A stretch of 64,000 nucleotides of DNA, from contig NC_087437.1 in assembly GCF_036321535.1 (NCBI RefSeq), forward strand, positions 108,688,001 to 108,752,000, given 5' to 3'. Under the pieces are notes generated by a model that was given only the letters and a program-made list of their open reading frames with translations, was not told the origin of the DNA and ran no database searches. Source of the stretch: Camelus dromedarius (taxonomy: Eukaryota). This document shows, piece after piece, positions 51,951 through 64,000 of the stretch; the first letter of the stretch is position 1, and each line of letters opens with the position of its first letter. The position numbers and the translations under genes were made by a program.

Positions 51951-53899
51951 CTAGTTAATCAGGGAGAAAACAGAGCAATGCTTCCCAATCCTTGACTGCA
52001 CATTGCAATAGCCTGAATATATTTCAAAATATACTCATGCCAGGGGTCCCAGCATACACCACTGAGTCAGAATCTTGAGGGATGAGAGCTAGGAATCGGT
52101 ATCTTCAAAACCCCCCATATGACTCTAATATGCAACCACGGTTGATAATCACAGGGAGAGAGGCTTTGGTAAGGGATGCCCATACCCTCCACAGGTACAG
52201 TGATGGCTGCAGAAGTCTGAGCAACTCCCTTATCTCGAGAGCAAAGGAAAAGGGGACACACTGGCAAGGGTTGGGCTTGCCCTGAACTGGCCCCAGGGAT
52301 ACAGACACTGGATCTAAGAAGAGAGCCTGAACCAATGGCCATTGCATCCCTTGGTTTGGTGCTAGCTGAGCATCTCACTACAGTAGTTCACACAAGACTC
52401 AACATTGACAAATGGTGCTGATCTCTAGTCTCAGGAAGGATGGGCTAAGTCAGCCCTTGAGCTGGATAGGTCTATTCCATTTATGATGCAAGTAATCATT
52501 AGTGAAACATGCTCAAACGGAGGGCACAAGATGCAGTGGCTGGCATGTGTAACACGGCACTCGTGCCGAGTGGGGCCAAGCATGCCACAGCTAGGAGTGC
52601 TAGTACAGAGAACCCAAAAGTGATGACACAGACTTTGAGAGCTGTCGTAACAGGTATTACAGGTTCTGTCTTCCTGGCTTGGATCACTCACTCACTCTGG
52701 AGGAATCCAGATGCCTTGAGAAAACTCAAGCAGCCCCGTGGAGACGTCGTGTGGGGAGGGGCCGCACGCTCCTGCCCACAGCCATGTGACTGAATCATTT
52801 GGAAGAGTATCCTATCCTCCAACCTCAATCACGCCTTCAGATGATGACTGCAGACACAACCAACATCGTGACCTCAACATTGTGACAGACCCCAAAACAG
52901 AACCACCCAGATGAGCATCCTCAAAGTCATGACCCACAAAAATTGTGTTAAAAAATAAATGTTTGCTGTTTTAAACTAAGTTTTGAGGTGATTTGTTACA
53001 TAAAAATAAGTAACTAAAAAACCCATCAAATAGCTTTCTATTCAGTCTTTAGCTTTTTCATTTGTATCATGCACAGTTTTGTCAGATGTTGGTTGTATCT
53101 TCAGCAGAATGAATATCCAAGAGATTTATTTAGGTCCTTGAATTGAATTTTAAAATTTTTGAACCAATTTTGGCATTGACTTAACTGATTTCTTTTGACA
53201 TATCTGATGACATTGATACAAAAACTACATCATTTAACTACAAAGTTCTGCTAATGAAACACACTAACAATGATAGTTTTGCTTTCGTGTGTGAAACAAT
53301 TGGAACAGAAAATCAATGAAATTATTTTAGAATAACTTGATTTAAATGAAAAGCCATGCTTCAGAATGATACATAAGTGCACTTTTTGCAGTAGCATATA
53401 ATAAAATCATTGTCTTTGAACAGTCACTTTAAAATAATTATAAATTTTTAAAGTAGACAGATGGGGCAGCTTATTTAGCAGATTTGCTAAGTTCTGATAT
53501 CTCCCTGGCTCCCATGATTATTTGTTTATTTTATGTATTTTGTTTTATTTTTTAATATCAGCTTAAATATTTAATAGTTCAGTTAGTATAAAGTGTGTGT
53601 GCAAATTAACTACAGGGCTATTTGGTAGAATATCACAGTATGGATGCAGTCATAAATTATACAGTCACTGCAACCAATTTCAAAGTAATTTCTGCTTCAT
53701 AGCTTTCTTAAATTAGAAAGAACAACTGTGCCCCACCAGAAGCTGAAGTGCATTATCTCAACCATGAGGATTTTAAGGTATGTCGGCAAAAGATGGAGCC
53801 TACCTTCCACCCCTTGAATATGAGCTGGACTGTGATTCACTTCCAAGAATGAGAGTTTGCAAAGGAAAAACGGTTACCACAACAAAGTAGAAATAATAA

Positions 53900-55150
53900 C
53901 CACAATGAAGTACATGTAGGAATTTATTCCAAAAATGAAAATAAAAATTAAAGCCAAAATACTTCCTATATTTTTTAAACAACAAAAAATTTAAACCCTC
54001 AATTTTAGATAAGTGAGTAAAATTAACAGTCATATTGAAAATTCTGAAATGAAAGGGTACCACTTAGCAATACTTGTGGAAAATGGTTCAAGTAACAAGA
54101 GAAATACATCCCTCAAATGCATCTATCAGAAAACAAAAAATATAGAAAATCAATGAATAACAAGAAGTTACAAAAAGAATTAGAATAAACCATCACAAAG
54201 TATAAAGAAATAGTGGAAAAATTAACTGAACAAAGCAAAAGAATGAGTGGTTAAACAAAACAAAAACCTGTTCTCTGGAAAGATTAATTAGATAAATCTT
54301 CAGTTAGGTTGATCAAGAAAACAGAGATACACAGCACAAATTAATATTAAGGATGAAAAGATCATACTTGCAAATACAGTATAAATACTGAAAATAATAA
54401 GAAAATACAATGAATAACTTTATACCAATACTTCTGAAAACAGATGAAATGAGTAATGTTCTAAGAAAATAAAAATTACTAACTTGTGAAAATATAGAAC
54501 ATTTTAAAGAGTCTAAGACCATTAAAGAAACCATTCCACTCCAGAAAATAAAAGCACCAGGCCCAGGTTAATTTTACAAGTGAGTTTTACCAAACATTCA
54601 AGGACCCTAACTCATCTATATTCGTTACTATATCACTAATATACTAGTATATCATTGATACCAAAACCAAACAGAAACAACATAAGAAAATTATAGGTTA
54701 ATCTCACTTATGAGTATAAATACAGTACAAGAAAGATTATCTTAGGGTGATTTCATTTGTAAACAAAGGTGCAAAATTTGAAAAAAAAATCTTTAAAATC
54801 CACACACATATTACTAGTAATAATAGTATTGATTTTGACCATGTAAGGTTTATCCCAAGAATGCAAGGATGGCTCAACATTAGAAAATCTATTTAGGTAA
54901 TGACCACAAGGATGGGGGAGGGGGGAAAAACTTGTCATTTAATTAGATGTAGAAAAACGATTTGCTTAAACTCACCAACCAGTCAGAACTTAAAAATATA
55001 AGCAAATAATAAACTTCCTAATACAGAGTATGTACCTCAAAACTATAAATATGTATCACATTTAGTACTTAAAATATTCCATTTAAGAGTCAATCAAAAA
55101 ACAAGGACGTTTGCTTACTGAGAGGTCTTGTCTGTATAGTGAGATGAGAA
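53900..55150 (+). mobile_element. old L1 ORF2 remnants
   Basis: aaagcaccaggcccagg..ttttacaagtgagttttaccaaacattcaagga; tttatcccaagaatgcaaggatggctcaacattagaaaatc. Confidence 0.75.
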
Positions 55151-56934
55151 AACAAGATGTGAAATTCTATAGGACTGGCCTCAGAACTACTCTTTTGAGT
55201 TATGTAGGGAAGAAATGGGTGTTAAACTAAGTGCTCTCAAAAAAAATGTAATTACTTAATTGTAATCATGTGACAGCTAAAAAATCCATTTCTAGTAAGA
55301 TACGTCAAAATGTATATTCTTTTGATGATAAAAAATGTAACCTCTACATATCTGTGTGGGGCTAGTTCTTTTAATATACTTCAACCAAAACAGACTGCAG
55401 CCAATTGAAAGCAGAAGCAGATGTGAGAATCCAGCTGTCTTCTATCAAGTCAGACATTAAAGAAATTTGCAAAAATTGGAAAACAGTGTTGTTCTTTCTT
55501 CCCTTAAACATTTGATTTTGGAAAATATAATTATTTGTCATAAAAACAAGCCAGTTCTATGTTAACAGGGGATGGATTTGTTATTGTTATTGAAAATAAA
55601 TGAAAAAATATGTACTTTTTTAAAAAAAGAAAATGTAAACTTCTCACTTTGTAAAAGCTATCAGCTCTGTTAATACAGAAGAATTAGGTTTTGACTACAC
55701 AGGGTGCTGTTTGATTTCGCTTTCTTTCCTGGCAATGCTGAAATCCTAGCAACAGAGCCTTTAGAAGGTCTGGCCCAAGCAGTAGAGTGATTTCCTCAGC
55801 AGTTTGAGCACCAGGACTTATTGGCTCACCTGGAAGGTAGTTTAACGTGCCATTCATGACAGATTTTCTAGCACCAAATCTAAAGTTAAGAAGTATTTTT
55901 AAATCTCTCTAAAACCATCAGCAAAGAAACTGTCTATTAGGTCTGTTTAACTCTGGTATGGGAACTCGCTGCCAGCGTTTTACTTACCATCTTCCAGACG
56001 AGTGTCTTCAAACTTTATCGCCTGCATAGCTCTAAACAAATTTTTGGAAAGAATGTACCATTTCATGTATTTTTAAACTGATAACTAACATTTTTCATCA
56101 TAAATTTAAATAAGTGTATAGAAGATAATTTCCAGTGGCATACTGTAAATACTTAATTTTTTAAAAATGGAAAATGTATCATTCTTTTAAATGTATCTAA
56201 CAGAATCCAAGTACTACAGCAATTTGATTCCCACCATCATCAATAAAATAATACATGGAAGTTCTTCAACAGTCATACATTTAACATCATTCATTGGATC
56301 TGTATTTTTCTTCTACTTCCCTTACAGATTTATAGTATATTTGAGTGCTTAAAATAGCTTATTTATCCTCCTATAATACTGTTGTATAATAAAAATATAA
56401 ATATAAATCAAAAAATTTTAATTAATTTTCCATAACCAGTAAGCTGTAGATATTAAAAATACTTTTCTAGATTGTAATTAAATCACTATTAGAACACAAA
56501 GAATAAAAACAAACATTAAAATTTTTATAGGTAATTAAGCATAAACTATTTTAAATCTCACTGGAAATTCATCTCATATTAGAGTTGAGACTAATTTGTA
56601 GTTTCATTTTTTTAGTTTATAGTTCCGTGGATATATACACATAATTTATAGCTATATATATTACTATTACTATATATAATTACTTATAAATATATAACTA
56701 AAATAAGATAGCAGTTGGCATAAATTCTATTCCTATTTTTCCTATTTATAGATGAAATCACTGAGAAAACTTTTCATGTAAACAAGTAGATGAGAATGGA
56801 ATTTTGTAATAATCTTTTTTATTCAATGTCATTGCATTCATTAACTTTTTCTAAGTAATATGCTAAACATGAAATAATTTTTGATGATTTATTGACTGAC
56901 AGCTCTAGTAGGCTTTAATTTTATCAAAAGTAAT

Positions 56935-57612
56935 ATGTTCAACATCATTAGTCATTAGAGAAATTCAAATCAAATCCACAATGAGATAATATTGCATACC
57001 CACTAAGATGGCTATAATTTTTTAAAATGCAAAGCAACAAGTGTTGGCGAGAATATGAAGAAATTAGAACCCTCATACATTGCTGAGTAGGAATGTAAAA
57101 TGTGGCAGCTGCTGTGGAAAATAGTTTGTTTTCTCAAAAAGTTAAACACAGAGTTACCACCAATTGTACTCCTATGTACATACCCAAAAGAATTGAAAAC
57201 AGGTACTCATAAAAGTACTTGTACACGAATGTCCAATAGAAGCACTAATCACAATGGTGGAAAGGTGGATACAACCCAAATGTCTATCAGTAGAAGAATG
57301 ATAAGCAAGATGTGGTCTGTACATGCTATAGAATGTTATCCAGCTATAAAGAGGAAGTACTGATACATGCTGCAATGTGGATGAACCTCAAAACCATGCT
57401 AAGTGAAAGAAGACAGGCATAAACGGTCACATGTACAATTCCATTTATACGAAAAGTCCAGAATAGGTAAATCCACAGAGACAGAAGGCAGAGTGGCTAC
57501 CATAGTTAGGGTGGGAGGTTGGGGCGTGATTGTTCAAAGTACTAAATGCTAATAACCTGCCCACTTTAAAATGGTTAATTTTATTTTATGTGAATTTCAC
57601 TTTATTTTTAAA
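56935..57612 (+). mobile_element. old L1 3' region (L1MB-like)
   Basis: aacatcattagtcattagagaaattcaaatcaa...gatgaacctcaaaaccatgctaagtgaaagaag. Confidence 0.85.
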
Positions 57613-60605
57613 AAGTAAATCTAGCAAAAACTATATAACCAACAAACCTTTTAAGAATTTTTTTAAAAGCCTCTTTCTCCAGAGTCTTGATAAAAGACCA
57701 ACTGTCTACAGCCAGTAACAAGTAAATCAGAACCAATTTAAAAACTAATCAACAGTAACCTGCTTCAGTAATCTTGCTTCTGGAAGCCAGTCATTCAGTG
57801 ACAGTCTCATACTTTTGAAGGTCAACCAGTCAACAATAAACTTATCACTAAATCTTCTGAAAGCCAGCTGGCCAAAATATCTTGCCAGGATAACCATGTT
57901 TGTAAGGGTGACATCAACCCACTCTATCTCTGTAACCAACACAACACCAAAACAATACTTAACTCAAAAACCTTATTGTAAAATTAGCAGTTGGATTTAC
58001 TCAAAATGACAGACCCAACCAGCCTAACCCTCCCTTTCTTAAGTAATACAGTTTTTGTTTCAGATATCAAGTGGTAATCTCGATCCCTTCCTTGGATAAT
58101 TCTCACATCGAGATTATTTATAAAACTCACTTGACAGTATCCCAATGGATCCCTGGACCAACAGGAAAGATCAGTGGCCTCTTGAGTCCCAAACTCCAAT
58201 AGTCATCACATCTGCTGCCAGGTGAGTTTCTCAAAACAATCTGAACTTTGGCTAGTTTCATTAAGCTCTAATTGCTGAAATAGCTTTATCTAAGACTTCT
58301 GAACAAATATATCTTTGTGTAGGTCAGTACAATTCGGTCTGTCTTTATGATAATCAGACCCACTACTTGGTTTGCTTTCACTTTCTTGCTCATCTGTTTA
58401 TACAAATTCTTGTCTCATGTGTCTCATGTGTCCCTTACTGTCTTGTGTCTGTTGAACATACAAGGAAGCGCTTCATAGGGAACAGACAGAGAAGCATAGG
58501 CCAAGTCTCCAACACAAGTTGGCCCTAAAGACTAAAGATCCATTAGACTGCTGACAGCTGGCTGCTAAAATGACTGGCCAAACTGCGTTTGTACGTAAGA
58601 TACACAAGAGTACTCTCCAAGGCCTGGTGGTTTGTGAAAGAAGTTCACTTTGTTTCGTCCGTATTTCAGGATCATCAGTTGTTGGGGTCACTGATCACAC
58701 AGCTCTTTCCTATCCTCTGCTTGATTAAAGAATCTCATCTATCATAACAAATACGCTTGACTAATGCAGTGCCTTTTTCTTGTTTGTCACTGATCTGTCT
58801 GTGTCAAAGGCATAACCTCCTCCTGGCAGAATTTTCTGTATAATCCTAACCCTTGTCCTGAATTTGATAAGAGGAAAAATTTTGCTAAAAATGACTTAGA
58901 ATTACAATAGCTATTAGAGTGAACTTCTGATATATGAAAATTAACACATTTCAAAGGAGCGCTAGAAAAATTAGAAAACAAAACAAACAAACAAAAAGCC
59001 TAAATCATTCAACAGTCAACTTTTGATTGGTTATGCTGAGGCCTCAAAACGAAACAATGACTCTTAGAAAGTCTCTGTCAAAGAAACACCAGTTCTCCAC
59101 CATTTAAACCTTCTGAAACCCACCCTCCCTGCACCATTCTCTCTACACGGCTGTATCTTTACCATTCACTTAAACCCCTTCTCTCTTTCTGCACCTTCTT
59201 CTGCCTCCAAAACAAGAATCGTTTTCTCAAAGTGTTTAACAGAGATCAATTACATCATATAATATCCCTTCAAAACTATTAGACTAGAAAGCAGATCTAA
59301 AAAAACTGATATTTGAATCTTGGCCTAAAATCAAGTTGAGAACTTTAATTATAGATTTTCTTAATCTTAGGGAGATAAATTTATGCAGAACTCAGTTAGA
59401 TATTTATTGCCCTGGACTACCAGGTCTGTACCAACAATTTCACTTAATTATTGGTCCCTAAGATGGGAGCACAAAGGTTAAAAGCAGCAAAAACAATGAC
59501 AACCAAAAACCCCCCAAAACTAGGAGATGGTTTATAATTCAAGAAATGACCCTGAAAGGGTAAGCAAATAGGAAACGTACTACATAAGACCGTTTCGGAA
59601 GTCTTTCCCTCAGAGGTAGATTGGACAAAAACTCAAAACTGTAAACAAACAAAAAAGATAAATAAGTAGCAGACTCCAAAAACAGACTGAGAAAAAAAAT
59701 TCAAATCATATCCTTCAAGAGCTAATATAAAGACAGACAGGTTTATCCTTTTTTATTATTATTATGTTTTGGAAGTAGACTCAGAAATACCAGTTTAGAT
59801 GATATCCTAAACATCTCTGAACATTTCAAAAATCTAGAAATCAAAACAAACTTCTGACCTTAAGATAAAGCAACTGATATCCAAAACAAAACAAAACAAA
59901 ACAAAAGGCTTAAAGGTTCTCCATTCTATAAGAATTGGGCAGCTATGGTTAACAGTAATATGGTTAATAAGCAGAAAGGCCATGGGAAGAATTAATGTCC
60001 TGTAATGACTAAAACATAGGAGAACTATCTAAAATCTCTCCAATGCCACCCCAGGAAACATTAGCATTTAACAATTCCCCAACTTTCTTCTAAACTCCTA
60101 TGGAGAAAGGTCCATAGATGGATGGACAACAATGTACAGATACAGGTAAGTTTATCTCCTAATAATTCTAGCACCGTAGAATGTCAGATCCCCTCAGAAT
60201 ACTAAAACCACTCAAATACTTGAAATGTCCAACAATCTATAACAATTATTTTGGGACCATTATCAGAATACAGTACTTTCTTCCTGATACAAACATTTAA
60301 TAGGTAAGGTACTGCTTAATAAATGGAACTGCCAGGTAAAATTTACTGCAGAAGTATTATTTTTCAGAGTTCTGGAAAATGCTACATATGACCAAAATAT
60401 AGCCAATTTTAACATATTACTACCACTAGGTATGATTCAAAGGTAACCAAAGGATAAGCTATGATCCTAGAATTTCTACACATGAAAGATTCTCAAGGTA
60501 CAGGCAAAGTACCTATAGCTGAGTTTAAGAGTCCAGACTGATTCTTCCTAGATTATCCTAGATTATCCTAAACCTTCCTTTTTGTATGTACATAGACGGT
60601 TAGGC

Positions 60606-61100
60606 CTGCACTGTCCAATACAACAGCCACTAACCACGTGTGGCTAATGATCACTTGAAATGTGGCAAGTATGACTGAGAAACTAAATTTAAAATTTTTA
60701 TTTAATTTTAATTAATTTAAATTTCAAAATGGACACTAGATCCAGTTATTGGAAAACCTTAAGTGTGTTTGGAAAACAATTGGGTTACGTGAATGTACTT
60801 TTTTCACTGCAAATTTTCTGAAATCTAACTATGGATCGAGTATTCCTGATGAAAATTTCCTATCTAAACTGAAATGTGCTATAAATTTAAAATACACTGG
60901 ATTTTGAAAATGTAATATGAAAAAAGAATGTAAAATATCTAAATTTTTTATTGATTACATGTTGAAATAGTATTTTTGGATATCGAGTTAAATAGAATGT
61001 TATTAAAATGAATTTCACCTATTTCTTCTTACATTTTTGGCTACTAGCAAAACTTAAAATAGCATGTGTGGCTCAGGCTGTATTCCTACTGACTGGTGCT
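60606..61100. mobile_element. hAT-Charlie element (MER33/Charlie-like) nested in the ERV
   Basis: ctgcactgtccaatacaacagccactaaccacgtgtggcta...cacttgaaatgtggc. Confidence 0.7.
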
Positions 61101-61121
61101 TGATTAGTCCATGCTCTAAGG

Positions 61122-61329
61122 CAATGGTTGTCATCTGGGGGCAAAACTGTCTACCTAGGGGACATTTGGCAATGTCTGGACATTTTTGGTTCTCATAACT
61201 GGGATGTTGCACTGGCATCTAGCAAAGAGAGGCCAAGAACACTGCTAAACATCGTACAATGCACAGGACAGTCCCCAAAACAAAGTATGCAGTTCAAAAT
61301 GCCAACAGTACTCAGGCTGAGAGACTCTG
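61122..61329. mobile_element. MER20-like hAT MITE
   Basis: ggggacatttggcaatgtctggacatttttgg...ctggcatctag...ctgctaaacatc.tacaatgcacaggacag. Confidence 0.85.
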
Positions 61330-61561
61330 CTCTATAATGGTTTTTCAACAGCATGACATACATCAAAACTCTGTTGCCTCTTACAGCCTATCCTTGGAGC
61401 CAATAGCTTATTTTCTCTTGTATTGAGGAAGTACAGCCCGGACTAATTAATTAGTTGAAGTATCTTCAGAATCTGTACTTAGTTCACCTTTAAATCTGAT
61501 TGTATCAACTACAGATTTGATATGTACAAATCTGACCTACAGATTTTGATCAACTACAGCT

Positions 61562-61739
61562 AACACCACAATGCCGAATGACTAAGATCAGGAACAAAAC
61601 AAAGACATCTGCTCTCACCACGTCTGTTCAACACTGGAGGTTCTAGCCAGATACCTAATAAAAGGCATCCAGATTGGAAAAGAAGTAAACCTGTCTTTGT
61701 TGCCAATGACAAGATCTCGTACATAGACAATCCTAGGGA

Positions 61740-61800
<61 letters not shown>

Positions 61801-61860
61801 TAGAACTAACAAACAAGTTCAGCAAGGTTGCAGGGTACAAGATCAATACGCAAAAGCAAA
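61562..61860 (+). mobile_element. L1 ORF2 fragment
   Basis: ctaagatcaggaacaaaacaaag...aaaaggcatccagattggaaaagaagtaaa...ttcagcaaggttgcagggtacaagatcaat. Confidence 0.8.
61743..61798. repeat. (CA)28 microsatellite
   Basis: Perfect CA run. Confidence 0.97.
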
Positions 61861-63299
61861 TCTGATGATAGCATATAATGTACTTTTTCACTTTTTCCTT
61901 CTTGTTTTACCATCAACTGCTGTAGCCCTCTCTAATCCAGAGACTCTCTTGACTTTAGCCGATGAAGGAGATTCTCATGATTACGGTTCTACAGTTCAAG
62001 AGGTTCATGCCCAGAACAGACATTTTGAACATTACTACTAAATTCTTAACAGATGTTGCTTGTTAACGGATCTTATCTTAAAGAAAGAAAAAGAACGAAA
62101 TGAACAATAGTATCTGTCTATACCATAACTAATGTTTTTCAGCATCTAGTACTTAACCAGATAGGCTCAAGTGGTCAAACTTGTGGTCTTCTAGAGGCCA
62201 CATCACGTTGCTAAAAATGAAAGAGCAAATCAATATACTATCATCGGTCTTTCTGAAACAGTATACATCAATTTGGAATGCCATGGAAACTGGGGTTTCT
62301 TAACCTCCTCAGGTAGCCCTATAAAATCTGGACAACAAATATACAAATTATTTGATGACTTGGTGCTACCTAAAGAAGTCGGTGTCCTTAAAAAGAAAAC
62401 CACAGTTTAAAAAAAAAAAAAAAAGACATTATCAAAGCTATTGGAAATAGCTCACCCCCATGCTCAACACTCTTTAACACTCTGCTCAGCCCAAAGTCCT
62501 TTTGCAAGGAACTTGTATAAAAGAGAAAGAAAAACATTCATAGAGAAGTTCGAGGATTCCATCATGAATACACAAAAGTTTTGCCTCTAATTTTGAAAAC
62601 CAAACAAATTGAGAATAACTGACTACAAAACCTTAAGGATAAAATTTGGCAAGGCCAGAAGTATCTCCTGGTCGTACCAGATAAAACCTGATAGCCACTT
62701 GCCAAGTTCTTCCATAAGACAATTCATTACAGTAAGAACAAAATGGCCACGATAGTAAACAAGCAGGGGGAAAGGGAGCTCTTGGGTAGTGGAGGATGTA
62801 ACTATCTAAGAAAGGCCTTGAAGAAGAGCAAGGGTAGAAGGCTACTCACCTACTCTTCAAGATTAATTATGAAGCTGTTTTTCAAAGAAAAAAATTTTGT
62901 GTAAAATTAAAACAGATAAACAGAGCAGTGGAGTAGAATACAAAACACGCACCAGAAGATCTGGAAATACAAGAGAGAGGTACTGCAAAACCAGTGGCTG
63001 GACGATTAAATGAATGAAACTGTGAGAATTGACTATATGAGGTAGGGTTTCTATCCTAACAACAGTCACAAAATTTAGTTTCAGGTGAATTAGGTTTATT
63101 TTGAAAATCATAACTTTTAGAATTAAAGATCACAATTTTTTTAAACCTCAGGGAAGGAACAAATTTTTTAAACCTAACACAGTAAAGGTTCAACCGTAAG
63201 GAAAACGAATGATAAATTGGAGTAAATTTAACTGAAAGAGTCTGTGTAAGACGGCCACAGACTATGCTAAGGTCAAGCCACATACTAGAAGAAGCCTTG

Positions 63300-64000
63300 T
63301 AAGAGACAAAGTATTAGAATCAGTAAGAATGTATGCAATCCAAGAGGAAAACAGACATATAGATAATATATTCATAAAATGATAAGCAATAAATATATGG
63401 AATGAAGCTAAGATCCTTGGTAGCCAGGGAAATATAAGTTAAAACAAAGAGCTACTATCTCACAGCTCTGACTGGAAAACTTAAAAAATCTGGTTAAGAT
63501 TAAGCATTTTGGTGATGAGATAAGAGTTCTCTTACACTGCCACTGGGAGTGCAAACTTGCACACTACACTGGAGAGCAGTCTGACAACATCTAAAGTCCC
63601 AGGGTTTACATCTAAAACCACAGAGTTGTCTACTGCCTGAAATTCCACCTGGGGGTGTATGTCCAGAGTATCTAGCACATTTGCCTGAGAACACACTATC
63701 AAGACTATACACTTGCAGCACAGTTCAAAAGGCAAAAAATAACTACTGAAATGACAATTAGTGAGGGAAATGGTAAGCAAAGTGATAGAATATGATAATA
63801 TACAGCAGTTATGTTGAGTGAAAAACACAGTGAGTGAAAAAGCAAGTTACAAAAGAACACTTAAAATAGGATATCATAAATATAAACTTTAAAAAAACTG
63901 CTATATATTATTTATGGATATAAACATGTGGTAAAGTATAAAACCTTAAATAGGAAGAAGTCACACCAACTTCAGAACAGTAGTTAGCTTTAACGAGGGA
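63300..64000 (+). mobile_element. old L1 3' remnant running off the window
   Basis: cacactacactggagagcagtctgacaacatct; atgttgagtgaaaa..agcaagttacaaaagaa. Confidence 0.65.

Larger units (their letters stand above)
57650..62780 (+). mobile_element. highly degenerate ERV1-class (gamma-like) provirus remnant, gag-pro-pol
   Basis: In correct order: zinc-knuckle remnant KQKGHGKN*CP (59969-60001), protease HLIGKVLLNKWNC (from 60294), RT connection region (about 61370-61500), RNase H VNGSYL (62062) and WGFLTSSGSPIKSGQQI (62291), integrase FHKTIHY (about 62710). The 5' boundary/LTR is uncertain. Confidence 0.75.

Overview
AT-rich, repeat-dense mammalian DNA, most likely camelid, judged from seven tRNA-Ala-derived SINEs resembling the camelid vic-1 type. 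The one intact protein-coding gene is N6AMT1 (HEMK2/KMT9A) on the + strand: 6 coding exons at 31885-43517, all GT-AG, 214 aa, with a CpG-rich promoter carrying NRF1 and GC-box motifs. Upstream are an RPS21 processed retrocopy (about 26.3-26.7 kb) and the most interesting feature: a decayed multi-exon gene on the - strand (about 21.7 kb down to 4.4 kb). Its exon remnants translate by hand to leucine-rich repeats followed by several cadherin repeats, interrupted by stops, frameshifts, a MaLR LTR and a SINE. Downstream of N6AMT1 are L1, MaLR and DNA-transposon relics and a degenerate ERV1-class gag-pro-pol remnant (about 57.7-62.8 kb). Repeat family names and boundaries come from recalled consensus sequences and are approximate. 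No database searches were run.
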